In this document: positions 53,233-64,000 of the stretch, in pieces
Position numbering within the stretch: the stretch's first letter is position 1
How the letters are laid out: each line of letters begins with the position of its first letter
NCBI GenBank assembly: GCA_964016885.1
Contig: OZ024763.1
Location: 9,796,001 to 9,860,000, forward strand
DNA length: 64,000 nucleotides
Direction of reading: 5' to 3'
Source: Eledone cirrhosa
Lineage: Eukaryota
Translations under genes and position numbers: made by a program
Notes under the pieces: generated by a model
The model's input: only the letters and a program-made list of their open reading frames with translations
Database searches by the model: none
Told to the model about the DNA's origin: nothing

Positions 53233-55179
53233 CAGTAAAGGAAAAGAAAAATAAACAATACAATATAATTATCTCATTACCAGAGATTTCCCGAATAAGA
53301 TGAATACAAGAAACGTCCTCATTCGTTCGTCGGACAAAGCAATTTAAAAGATAGTGAAATATTTGAAAAATCTCCTCAAGAAAGGCAAAAGTTTAACGGG
53401 CAAAAAAAATATATAAATAAAAGTAATGCAAGTGATATATAAAAATAAAATAAGGAAATATAGTAACGGTATGTGTATAAATGTGTGTATATGCACCTAC
53501 AAATGTACATATGTGTGTATGTACAAATGCATGTGTATAGTGAAAAAATGTGCGCATAAGTACATACATGAGGGCAAGCATATCAGTGTATGTGGGACCA
53601 CAAATACGTATATAATATATGTTGAAAAAAGAAATTGTAAGATAATAGAGTTAGCGTACATACAGACTCAGGGACTAAGGATTGAAATATATACACATAC
53701 AAGTATGAAAGCACGCGTATAAACACACACACACATGCAACCACATACATGCATGTGATATATACAGGGAAGGGAGTGTATCAGTCAAAGCAGTGTCAGG
53801 CTGAAGGTCGATACATATAAAAATATAAAATATGAAAATGAAAAAATGAAAAAATATATGAGAAGAAAAATTAAATCCAAGAGACAGTAAGAGGGAGGGG
53901 TTATCAATTATAAAGTAACTCTAGAAAAAATAGAAAACATACAGAGGTTCGTACACACATATATATATATATATAAATATATATATAAATACGTACAGAC
54001 AAAAGCACATACTTGCGTACATACATACAAAAGTGCGCATACATACACATGAAGCACATATATATACATACATGTACATCTAATCACACGCACACACGCG
54101 ACCATATATATATATACATATATATATACACATATATATATATATACATATATAAGTATGTAAAAAACATTTCATTGAATCAACTGGAATCAGAAACAGT
54201 GAAAGTGGATGTTAAAATGATGATGATGATATGTGTATATATGTGTGTGTGTGTATTACGATTTATCCTGGTAAAGTAGTTACTTCTCCAAATTGAGAGA
54301 TCACAGCTCCAATACTACGGACATGTGGTTAAAATGTCTAAGGAAAAAAATTGCTGAGCAGTTTTATGAGCAAAACCAACTGGCAGGAGATCCAGGGGTA
54401 GACTGAGAACAAGATGGTTGGATAAATTCATGAGCTCAGCTGATTTCATTTAGGGATCCAGCTGGATCGATTGGAGACTGTTGCTTTTGACAGGACCCGC
54501 TGGATGGTGTGTTTGAGGATTCTGCTCGCATGACCCTCCCAGGAATATGTGGATAAAGAAGAAGATAGATAGATAGATAGATAAATAGATAGACTGATAG
54601 AGAGACAGACATAGTTAGAAAGAGAGATCATGTTTTGTCTGTTTTCCATGGTGCCATGGGTTGGATAGGTTGTTACAGTCTGGGTCAAGACATGGTGAGT
54701 GAACCATATCTTGCTCATACATTCCACATTTGTCTTGGTTTCTATGGTTCAATGCCCTTTACAGAGTGTATGTACGTATTGAGCTGTAACGGTGGAGATG
54801 TAAGAGTGCCAGGGTGACATACGTTTCTTAGGCATGTTAAACCTAGCTGATTCCATCCTCTCTTCAGGTTTGGACATAGCCTTTTACTTCCAGAGAAGGA
54901 TTGAGAGGAAGCGAGACAGAGATATAGAGGAATAATCAACCCCCATTAGTACACTGGTACTTTATCAACTGTGAAATAATTAAAGACAAAGTTGACCTCT
55001 GCAAAATTTGAACTCTATCCAACATTCTAACAACTGTACAGAGTGTATTGGATACATACTATCATCTATCATGGTTTTGTAAATCCAATATTCAGACATA
55101 GAATGGAAGGGGGTATTTTATGACACTGAAAACCTTAACCAGTACCTAATTGTTGTATATATTGTTTTATACTTGCTAG

Positions 55180-55270
55180 GTTTCTACACAGGATGGCTCC
55201 TGCCTGCAGCTATCGTAGGATTGCTAGTATTTCTATCAGGAGCTTTTAATGTTACTTCAAACCCTGTCGC
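55180..55270 (+). CDS. ANO7: Anoctamin exon (TM1): (G)FYTGWLLPAAIVGLLVFLSGAFNVTSNPV(A)
   Basis: ttgctag / gtgagt; GFYT.WL.PAA.VG motif; phases fit neighbours. Confidence 0.95.
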
Positions 55271-55419
55271 GTGAGTCATTTTAACAATTCTCTTTTTTCA
55301 TTTTATATTTTATTTTAAGAAATAAACCCCTTATTTCCCTCTTCTCTTTCTTTCCCTTCCTTCTCGATTTTTCCTTCTTTGTATTGTTCTCTACTAGGAT
55401 TTTTTTCAACTTGATGACG

Positions 55420-56062
55420 CGTATGTGTATGTGTATATGTGTGTGTGTATGTGTGTGTGTGTGTGTATATATGTGTGTGTGTGTGTGTATATGTGTGTGT
55501 GTATGTGTATATGTGTATATACGTGTGTGTAAATGTGTATATGTGTGGGTGTATGTGTATATGTGTGTGTGTATGTGTATATGTGTGTGTGATTATGTGC
55601 GTGTATATGTATGTGTGTGTGCCTATATGTGTGTATATGTATATGTGTGTATGTGTGTATATACATACATCTATATGCATGAGTATATAAATATAAACAC
55701 GCAAACACAGACACAAAAATACACACTCAGACATACATTCACACACACTCAGACATATATTCACACACTCAGACATACATTCACACACACTCAGACATAC
55801 ATTCACACACTCAGACATACATTCACACACACTCAGACATACATTCACATACACGCAGACATACATTCACACACACTCAGACATACATTCACACACACTC
55901 AGACATACATTCACACACACTCAGACATACATTCACACACTCAGACATACATTCACACACACTCAGACATACATTCACACTCAGACATACATTCACACAC
56001 ACTCAGACATACATTCGCACACTCAGACATACATTCACACACACTCAGACAAACACATACAC
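55420..56062. repeat. (TG/TA)n tract followed by (cagacatacattcacacacact)n
   Basis: Direct reading. Confidence 0.9.
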
Positions 56063-56337
56063 AGCATGACAAATAGAACGCCAGCTGCTATTTTGCTATA
56101 GTTTTCCACCACCCCCATCCTTCCTTTAACTCACATACATTCACGAAGGCAGCAGACATAAAGAGAGAGGAGTAGTATGAGGTAATCAAACTACTCCTCT
56201 CTCTTTACATGTTGTGACAGAATCACAGAAATTTATATAGAGATTCCCCCCTTTTTCCTTTCCCCTTCTTTTCCATTTTCCTTTTTTTTCCTCTTCCTTT
56301 CCCCTCTTATTTTAGCTTCCTCCCCTCTCTATTTCAG

Positions 56338-56504
56338 TCAACATATATGTCAGAGTGGTCACGCATACAAGATGTGTCCTGTCTGTGATGAAAACATTGG
56401 CTGTCAGTTTTGGTTTCTCTCCGACATTTGTATCTATTCAGAAATGTCCTTTCTTTTTGACCATCCTGGCACCGTCTTCTACGCAGTTTTCGTGTCATTC
56501 TGGG
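56338..56504 (+). CDS. ANO7: Anoctamin exon: QHICQSG...MCPVCD...FDHPGTVFYAVFVSFW(A); GC donor
   Basis: atttcag acceptor; MCP.CD and FD..GTVF...F...W motifs. Frame is kept only with the G|GCAAGT donor. Confidence 0.92.
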
Positions 56505-56536
56505 GCAAGTAATTCTTTTAGATTTTATCATTTTAG

Positions 56537-57052
56537 CACCACCACCACCATCAACACCACCACCACCACCACCACCACCACCACCACCACTACCACCACC
56601 ATCACTATCACCACCACCACTATCACCATTATCACCACCACCACCATCAACACCACCACTATCACCGTCACCATCATTATCACCACCACCACCACCATCA
56701 CCACTACCACCACTATCACCATCACCACCACCACACCATCACCCCCACCACTACCACCACCATCAACACCACCACCATCACCATCATTATCACCACCACC
56801 ACCACCATCATCACCATCACCACTACCACCACTATCACCATCACCACCACCACTACCACCATCAACATCATCATCACTACCACTACCACTACCATCACCA
56901 TCACCAGCAACATCATCACCACCACCACCACCATCACTACCATCAGCACCATCACCACCACTACCACTACCACCACCACCACCACCATTCCCACCACCAC
57001 CATGGTGATGATGGTGATGGTGATGGTGATGATGGTGGTGATGGTGGTGGTG
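56537..57052. repeat. (CAC)n tract flipping to (GTG)n at CCATGG
   Basis: Direct reading. Confidence 0.93.
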
Positions 57053-57123
57053 AAGAGGAGAAGGCTTGGTATTTTGTTAGCAATATGGTTACAAGATTGT
57101 TAAATGGCTGATATCTTTTACAG

Positions 57124-57206
57124 CAATCTCATTCTTGGAATTCTGGAAGAGGAAGAATGTAAACTTGGCACATCACTGGGATGTTCTTGGTTTTGAAGAA
57201 GAAGAG
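57124..57206 (+). CDS. ANO7: Anoctamin exon: (A)ISFLEFWKRKNVNLAHHWDVLGFEEEE
   Basis: ttttacag / gtgagt; FLE.WKR....LA..WD motif. Confidence 0.95.
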
Positions 57207-57273
57207 GTGAGTGTCATTCTACCATCGGCTCTATTTCAACTCTGGCACCCAACTTTATTGTCATATTAGTGTT

Positions 57274-57567
57274 ATTACAAAAGGCACCCAGTCCACTCTG
57301 TAAAGTTGGTAATGCTGGTGTCATTACAAAACGCATCCAGTCCACTCTGTAAAGTTGGTAATGCTGGTGTCATGACAAAAAGCACCCAGTTCACTCTGTA
57401 AAGTTGGTAATACTGGTGCCATTACAAAAAGCACCCAGTCCACTCTGTAAAGTTGGTAATACTGGTGCCATTACCAAAAGCACCTATTCCACTCTGTAAA
57501 GTTGGTAATACTGGTGCCATGACAAAAAGCACCCAGTCCACCCTGTAAAGTTGGTAATGCTGGTGTC
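57274..57567 (+). repeat. 49-bp minisatellite, 6 copies
   Basis: Unit attacaaaaagcacccagtccactctgtaaagttggtaatactggtgcc. Confidence 0.93.
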
Positions 57568-57571
57568 ATGA

Positions 57572-58070
57572 TAGTGGTGGTGGTGGTAGTGGTGTTGGTG
57601 TTGGTGGTGGTGTTGGTGGTGGTGGTGGTGTTGGTGGTGGTGGTGGTGTTGGTGGTGGTGGAGGAGGTGGTGTTGCTGTTTGTGTTGATGACAATGCTGG
57701 TCATGGTAAAGCTAGTGAAGGAAGATGAGATGGTGGTGGTGGTAGTGGTGCTAGTGGTAGTAGTGGTGGTGGTAGTGGTAGTGGTGGTTGTAGTGGTAGT
57801 AGTGGTGGTGGTAGTGGTGGTGGTGGTGGTAGTAGTGGTGGTTGTAGTGGTAGCATTGATGGTGGTGGTGGTAGTGGAGGTGGTAGTGGTGATAGCAGTG
57901 GTGGTGGTAGTCATGGTGGTTGTAGTGGTTGTGATGGTGGTAGTGGTGGTGGTGGTAGTGGTGTTGGTAGTAGTGGTAGTGGTAGTAGTAGTGGTGGTAG
58001 TAGTGGTGGTAGTGGTAGTAGTAGTGGTGGTAGTAGTGGTGATGGTAGTAGTCATGGTGTTTATATTGGT
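57572..58070. repeat. (GTG/GTA)n tract
   Basis: Direct reading. Confidence 0.93.
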
Positions 58071-58144
58071 GATTATGACTTTGACGATGAAACCTTCCCC
58101 ACATATTGTTAACGTTTCCATCGTATTATTATCTCCCCCTTCAG

Positions 58145-58282
58145 GAACGACCTCGACCCGAGTATGCTGCCAAAGCCACAGAAATAGAAACTAATCCTAT
58201 TACTGGTATCAAAGAACCATACTTCCCACCCAAGAAACGGCTCCCTCGAATTCTCTCTGGTATGGCAATTATTATCTTAATG
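58145..58282 (+). CDS. ANO7: Anoctamin exon: ERPRPEYAAKA...NPITGIKEPYFP...IIILM
   Basis: ccttcag / gtaagt; E.PRPEY and NP.TG..EPY motifs. Confidence 0.95.
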
Positions 58283-58680
58283 GTAAGTTGTATTTTCTGC
58301 CAGTCTTATCTTTAACCCTTTCCATAGCAAACACCTTCAACAACATCCACTGGCTCTATGATGCAACACTGTTCAATTTAACCCTTTAGCATTTAAACCG
58401 GCCATATGTCGAAAATGTACTCGAAATTAAGAGAAAGAGAAACAAACAAACATACATACATTCATGCATACATACATACATACATACATACATAACTTCA
58501 ATTCAACAGTCTTGTCACAGCCTCATATCCACATATATATACATTCTCTCAGTTACTGCAAATTTTTATGAAGGGTGCTATTATTTGTGAAGGGGTCAAG
58601 ACCAAAATGTCATAGGTAACTGGAACTAGAATATCCCCACCACCATATATATATGTGTGTAAATGTTTGCTGTTTTCCAG

Positions 58681-58876
58681 ATTTCTTTGGTTCTGGTCTT
58701 CATTATTGCGGTTATCATGTACCGCGTGCTGGTCAGTATCCCACTGTTCAAGAACAAAGATCTCCGGCCGAGGGCAGCCATAATAGCCAGTACATCAGCT
58801 GCCATTGTCAACCTTATGTTTATCATGTTACTAGGCCGTGTCTATGAAAAACTGGCTCTCAATTTGACCCAGTGGG
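58681..58876 (+). CDS. ANO7: Anoctamin exon (TM3-TM4): ISLVLVFIIAVIMYR...VYEKLALNLTQW(E)
   Basis: ttttccag / gtacgt; hydrophobic TM segments with VI.YR and Y..LA..LT.WE. Confidence 0.95.
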
Positions 58877-59149
58877 GTACGTCAGAGATTCTTTTATTCA
58901 GATTCTTCTTCCGGTTTGTCTTTTCTATTTTGTGTTCTCCAAGCATTTTTGCACATTTTGGGGGATTTTTTGTTGTTCTTTTTGTTTTGTTTTGTTTTGT
59001 TTTGTTATTCATGTTAAAAACAGGGCATGATATATGTATGCCTAAATAAATATATATGTGTTGTTAGTATGTGAATGTGTATATATTTATATATATATAT
59101 ATATATACCATTTATGTTATGCTGATTATCAGTGGGCTGCCATGACACT

Positions 59150-59556
59150 AATGCTGAATTGGATATTGCTTGGGTTATTATTGGTATTTTGGTTAGGTTT
59201 TAAATTTTTATTATTGATTCTATTAATATTTTGCGCTAAGTTTTTGGTGGAAGAATAAGTTAATTTTATAGTATGTCTATTAAAGATTGAATAATATCTA
59301 TGTGTTCTAGGGAAGCATTTGTCAAGAGCTTTAAAAAATAGTTTAGCAATAGGGGTTTTAATATTTAATGAGAAAGGAGGAGCGAACCATAATATGTTCC
59401 TAGTTCTATTTCTTTTTTGTTTTCGGAATTATTGTAAGGTTTTCTATTATAGTTGTTAAAATTGTTACGATTATGGTTAGTTGTTATATTATTATTATCA
59501 ATGTATTTAATTTTATTTCTATACCCAGCTCTACCTAACGCTTCATTGTAATAATG
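59150..59556 (-). mobile_element. Penelope-like element fragment (Naiad-like RT-EN linker)
   Basis: Minus strand [11 protein letters not shown] then, after a frameshift, [16 protein letters not shown]...FPRTHRYYSIFNRHTIKLTYSS; (TA)n flanks. Confidence 0.7.
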
Positions 59557-59597
59557 TGTAATATATATACACATATATATATATATATATACATATA

Positions 59598-59655
<58 letters not shown>

Positions 59656-60217
59656 CATATATATACACACACATATATATATATATATATATACACACAC
59701 ATATATATATATATATCCTCTTTCTCTCTCCTTCTCCCTCTTACTTTCATTCACCCCCTCTCCTAGTCACCCTCTCTCAGCTAGCCTCTTCCTCACACTT
59801 TCACTCACTCACTCTCTGCTACTCACCCTCTCTCACTTCCTCCATCGTCCGACACAGTGCAAAATTCTTTTCTCGCTCACTTTTCGCACGGCCAAGATGT
59901 GTCTTTCGTCTTCTCGTCAATATTTGCAAGTTCTTATGTTCAAATGAATCACTGACTTGATTTTCTCATTTCTTCCTCTCTTTACATTGCCTCACCATCT
60001 TTGTTTGTTCACCTGTCTCTCTTTCTCCACCCAATTCTTTTTATCCCAATAACTTATTTTAGTTATTGTTCGCGCTAGCCTGAGGTACCAGATCTTTAAT
60101 GTGAAGAAATACCTATGATGGCTAGTAGACCACTGATGATAGACAGTCCTGGCTTCTCTTTCTAATTTTTATTCATATGTATCACATTCGCAACAGCACA
60201 GCACGCTATTTTTCATT

Positions 60218-60267
<50 letters not shown>

Positions 60268-60396
60268 TATCAAAGGTATATATTTAGTTAGAAATTTAAA
60301 ATAGTCTCTTACAATAAAATAGCTCTAGGAAAGAGATTTTTCCGAGCGTATATCATAATTGAATATAAAAGAGAGATAAACACAGATATATACATA

Positions 60397-61283
60397 CGAG
60401 GTGTGTCAGAAAAGTTCCAGCACTGATGTCACAAAAGATTTATTTCAAACCCAAACTTCACACTAAGAGTTTTCTCCTTCAAAGTAATCCCCCTGGAGTA
60501 TGTAACTGTAATCTTAGCTTTCTGCAGCGATCAAACTTTTTTCTTCGTAATTTTATATACATGTCCTCTGTTTCAGGTCGTCAAGCAATGAGCACAGAGC
60601 AACGAACAAACTCTCAAGTTTCTGGTACAGTTGGGGAAAACTCTGTCAGAAGCACTGGGATTGCTGCAGCAAGTGTATGGAGATGAGACAATGTCACGCT
60701 CTCGTGTTTTTGAGTGGTCTAAGATGACCCCAGGAGCCGAAGGCCCTCAACAACCAGGACTGAGGTCAACGTTGAGCGCGTCAGGCAGATGGTGCGTAGC
60801 GATCGTCGGCTGACTGTTCGACTGATGGCAAATGAGCTGGGCATGAATTGGGACAGCGTCTGGAAGATTCTCACTGAGGATTTGGACATGCGGAAAGTCT
60901 GTGCGAAGATGGTGCCAAAACTGATGAACGATGACCAGAAGGGTCGACACATGCAAGTGTGCCAGGACATCCTCGAACATCTTGAAACCAAACCAGACTT
61001 GCTAGGGACAGTCATCACCGGTGATGAGTCATGGATCTTCGAGTACGACCCGGAGAGGACCCGTTTTGAGGATGTGGACGACATCAAAAAGGGCGTGATG
61101 ATGGAACTGCGGAGGATCCCGGAAGAATCCTTCCAGGAGTGCATGCAAGCGTGACAGAAAAGGATGGAAAAGTGCATTAGACTCCAGGGGGATTACTTTG
61201 AAGGAGAAAACTCTTAGTGTGAAGTTTGGGTTTGAAATAAATCTTTTGTGACATCAGTCCTGTGACTTTTCTGACACACCTCG
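60397..61283 (+). mobile_element. Internally deleted mariner with 103-bp TIRs
   Basis: TA on both sides; TIRs 60397-60499 / 61181-61283; KMVPK, TGDESW, GDYFEG motifs; catalytic middle deleted. Confidence 0.9.
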
Positions 61284-61548
61284 TATATGTGTTCAAATCG
61301 TAAGGGACCAGATTCGCTAAGGTGAAAAAAATACTAACTATGGACAATAGGGTTTGCCAGACTCAATTTAGGAATAAATCAAGAAAATAAATACAAACCG
61401 GAATTGTGGTCCCTTACGATTTGAAAACATATATGTATATATCTGTGTTTATCTCTCTTTTATATTCAATTATGATATATATATGTGTGTGTGTGTATGC
61501 ATATGTGCGTGTGTGTATATATATATATATGTGTGTATATATATATAT

Positions 61549-62584
61549 ATGGGTACACAAGAGATGTAGCGGGATCTCAGGAAGCTTAATTAAGAATGTA
61601 GGATTCACATGCAGCAGCTGTGCTGAAACAGCAAGCAAACAGCCACAGGAAACAAGTACCACCAATCTCTGGGAGGGCCCTGTAGAAACAGTAGACAGCT
61701 TCTGCTACCTAGGTGACCGAATTAGCAACGGAGGTGGGTGCTCAGAAAGTACAATAACTAGTGTAAGAACGGGATGGAAGAAGTTTAGGGAACTACTACC
61801 ACTGCTAGCTGCAAAAGGCTTCTCCCTCAGAATGAAAGGCAGACTGTATGATGCGTGTATCCGAACAGCGATGTTGCATGGTAGTGAGACCTGGGCGCTG
61901 AAGGTGGAAGACTTACGTAGATTAGAGAGAAACGAAGCCTGCATGCTCCGATGGATGTGTAACAGTAATATACGTGAACGACAAAGCATAAAGGAATTGA
62001 GAGAGAGACTGAGCATAAGAGGAATCAAATGCTGCGTGCAGGAGAGGCGGTTACGCTGGTATGGACATGTGATGCGTATGAAGGATGACAGCTGCATAAA
62101 AAGGTGCAGAGCACTAGAAGTTGATGGAAACCGCGGAGTGGGGAGACCCAAGATGACTTGGGATGAGGTGATAAAAGCCGACCTTACCCAACTACACCTC
62201 TCAAAGTCAATGACACACGACCGTGACTTCTGGCGTCACGCAGTAATACAGGGTACCCGACCTCCCATGGGTACATGCTGAAGCATATAAACAATATGCC
62301 CCCCCCCCCACCGCAAGGTGGTCGTGGAGGTGCCACGGCAAAAAAGCACCCAGCCCACACTGTAAAGTGGACGTGTAGGCGCCACGAAAAAGCACCCAGC
62401 ACTCACTGTAAATGAGGTTGGTGTTAGGAAGGGCATCCAGCTGTAGAAATCAAGCCAGATCAGTTCCTGTATGAGCAAGGCATGGTCAGCCGACCAGACA
62501 CTGCCCACAACAGGACAACCCGTCTAACCCATGCTAGCGTGGAAGAACGGACGTAAAACGGTGATGATGATGATGATGATGATG
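61549..62584 (+). mobile_element. RTE LINE 3' fragment
   Basis: Open frame WVHKRC...GRPKMTW, 3' UTR and (GAT)n tail; 5' end at (TA)n. Confidence 0.93.
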
Positions 62585-62748
62585 TACACATGTATGAATG
62601 CATATATATAAACATACATGTGTGTATATATATATATGTGTGTGTGCGTGATTTGAATATAAAGGGGGGTAACTGAATATTGCAAAGTATCCTGTTCGTC
62701 CCTCTCCTTTTCTTTCATCTCTCTCTTGATATTCTGATTTTTTTCCAG

Positions 62749-62860
62749 AAATGCATCGGACACAGACAGACTTTGAAGACCAGCTGATATTTAAAGTGTT
62801 TCTTTTCCAGTTTGTCAACTTCTATTCATCAATATTCTACATTGCTTTTTTTAAAGGCAG
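62749..62860 (+). CDS. ANO7: Anoctamin exon (TM5): (E)[36 protein letters not shown](R)
   Basis: ttccag / gtaagt; HRTQ..FE...K.F.FQFVN.Y...FYIAF.KG signature. Confidence 0.96.
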
Positions 62861-63074
62861 GTAAGTAAACTAGTTGGGTTCTTCTTCACCCACTTATTCC
62901 TGTCGTAAGCAACCATCTCCAATTGATCTAGCAGGATCCCCAAGAGAGACCAAGCTGAGCTCATGGATATTATTTAACCATCTTTTTCTAAATATCAGCT
63001 TAATAACTTGGTTATTTACAAAATTTTTTGAAAACCATAGACTGCGTTAAATAAAAAATTTGTTTGTTTCACAG

Positions 63075-63129
63075 ATTTATTGGTTACCCTGGAAACTACA
63101 AAAGACTTTTTGGATTGAGGCAGGAAGAG
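63075..63129 (+). CDS. ANO7: Anoctamin exon: (R)FIGYPGNYKRLFGLRQEE; gene continues past window
   Basis: ttcacag / gtaagt; F.GYPG.Y..LFG.R.EE motif. Confidence 0.93.
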
Positions 63130-63534
63130 GTAAGTTCTATTATATACTTATGAAATACTCTAGTGTATACTAAGGCAACATATGTGTGTATATTCAACTA
63201 ATTTTCTCAATTAAATAATAGTGATCAACTGTTATTGTAGTTATTTTTTGCCATTGAGACACATTTTCAAATTTCAAACTCTCATGGCACTTTGATAATT
63301 CATAAGGTTTATTTATATCCAAATATGCTCTAACCACAAACTGTACTGTATAGTATTCTATAAAAGGAAATGTCAGTCGAACCTGAATGTAATTGTAACA
63401 CACTTACACGGTATTTGAGAGATACAGGGCTTGATTCCTTGTTGGTGCTTCTGTCCACTGTTTTCTGTCTCTGAGGGGAGTTTATCCATTTTTTAAAACT
63501 ATTATTTAACCCTTTACCATTTACATTACTCCAT

Positions 63535-63713
63535 ATTGGCAGTATCGGTAGAGGGTTGGACGCTATGCTTTCTAGCATAGTTACGTCCCTTTACAGTCTG
63601 AGTTCAAATCCTACCGAGGTTAACTTTGCCTTTCATCCTTACGGGGTCGATAAAATAAAGTACCAGTAATGTACTGGGTAATTTGCTGGCCTTGTGCCTA
63701 GAGTAGAAACAAT
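63535..63713 (+). mobile_element. SINE A
   Basis: Family match. Confidence 0.85.
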
Positions 63714-64000
63714 TACTCTATATATACTATTGTATTTTCACAGTAAAGGCTTTACCTTACATAATATCTCACATAACATTTACATTACTCTATATATACT
63801 ATTGTATTTTCACAGTAAAGGCTTTACCTTACATAATATCTCACATAACATTTACATTACTCTATATATACTATTGTATTTTCACAGTAAAGGCTTTACC
63901 TTACATAATATCTCACATAACATTTACATTACTCTATATATATACTATTGTATTTTCACAGTAAAGACTTTACCTCACATAATATCTCACATAACATTTA
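63712..64000 (+). repeat. 72-bp minisatellite, 4 or more copies, runs off window
   Basis: attactc starts at 63712, 63784 and 63856. Confidence 0.93.

Noticed and set aside
56355-58194. Pro/Thr/Val/His-rich ORFs
   Set aside because: (CAC)n and (GTG)n intronic repeats; the real exons use other frames or boundaries.

Overview
Repeat-rich, AT-rich eukaryotic DNA. The SINE families recall octopod cephalopods (inference from memory). The main gene is a + strand anoctamin/TMEM16, closest in motifs to ANO7. It has 13 well-supported coding exons from 27769 to 63129 with consistent intron phases and one GC-AG intron, plus a candidate first coding exon at 5355-5561, and it continues beyond the window. 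Introns are filled with RTE, CR1, R4/Dong, Tx1-like and Penelope-like retroelement fragments, two SINE families, DD37D and mariner DNA transposons, MITEs and micro/minisatellites. Most notable: (1) short non-coding elements in (TA)n tracts carrying minimal type I hammerhead ribozyme motifs, several as long near-perfect palindromes (Penelope pLTR/retrozyme-like); (2) a 261-bp duplication that includes a working splice acceptor; (3) an RTE family that repeatedly abuts (TA)n and shares its tail with a CORE-type SINE; (4) several minisatellites built from transposon termini. Repeat boundaries are read by eye and approximate.
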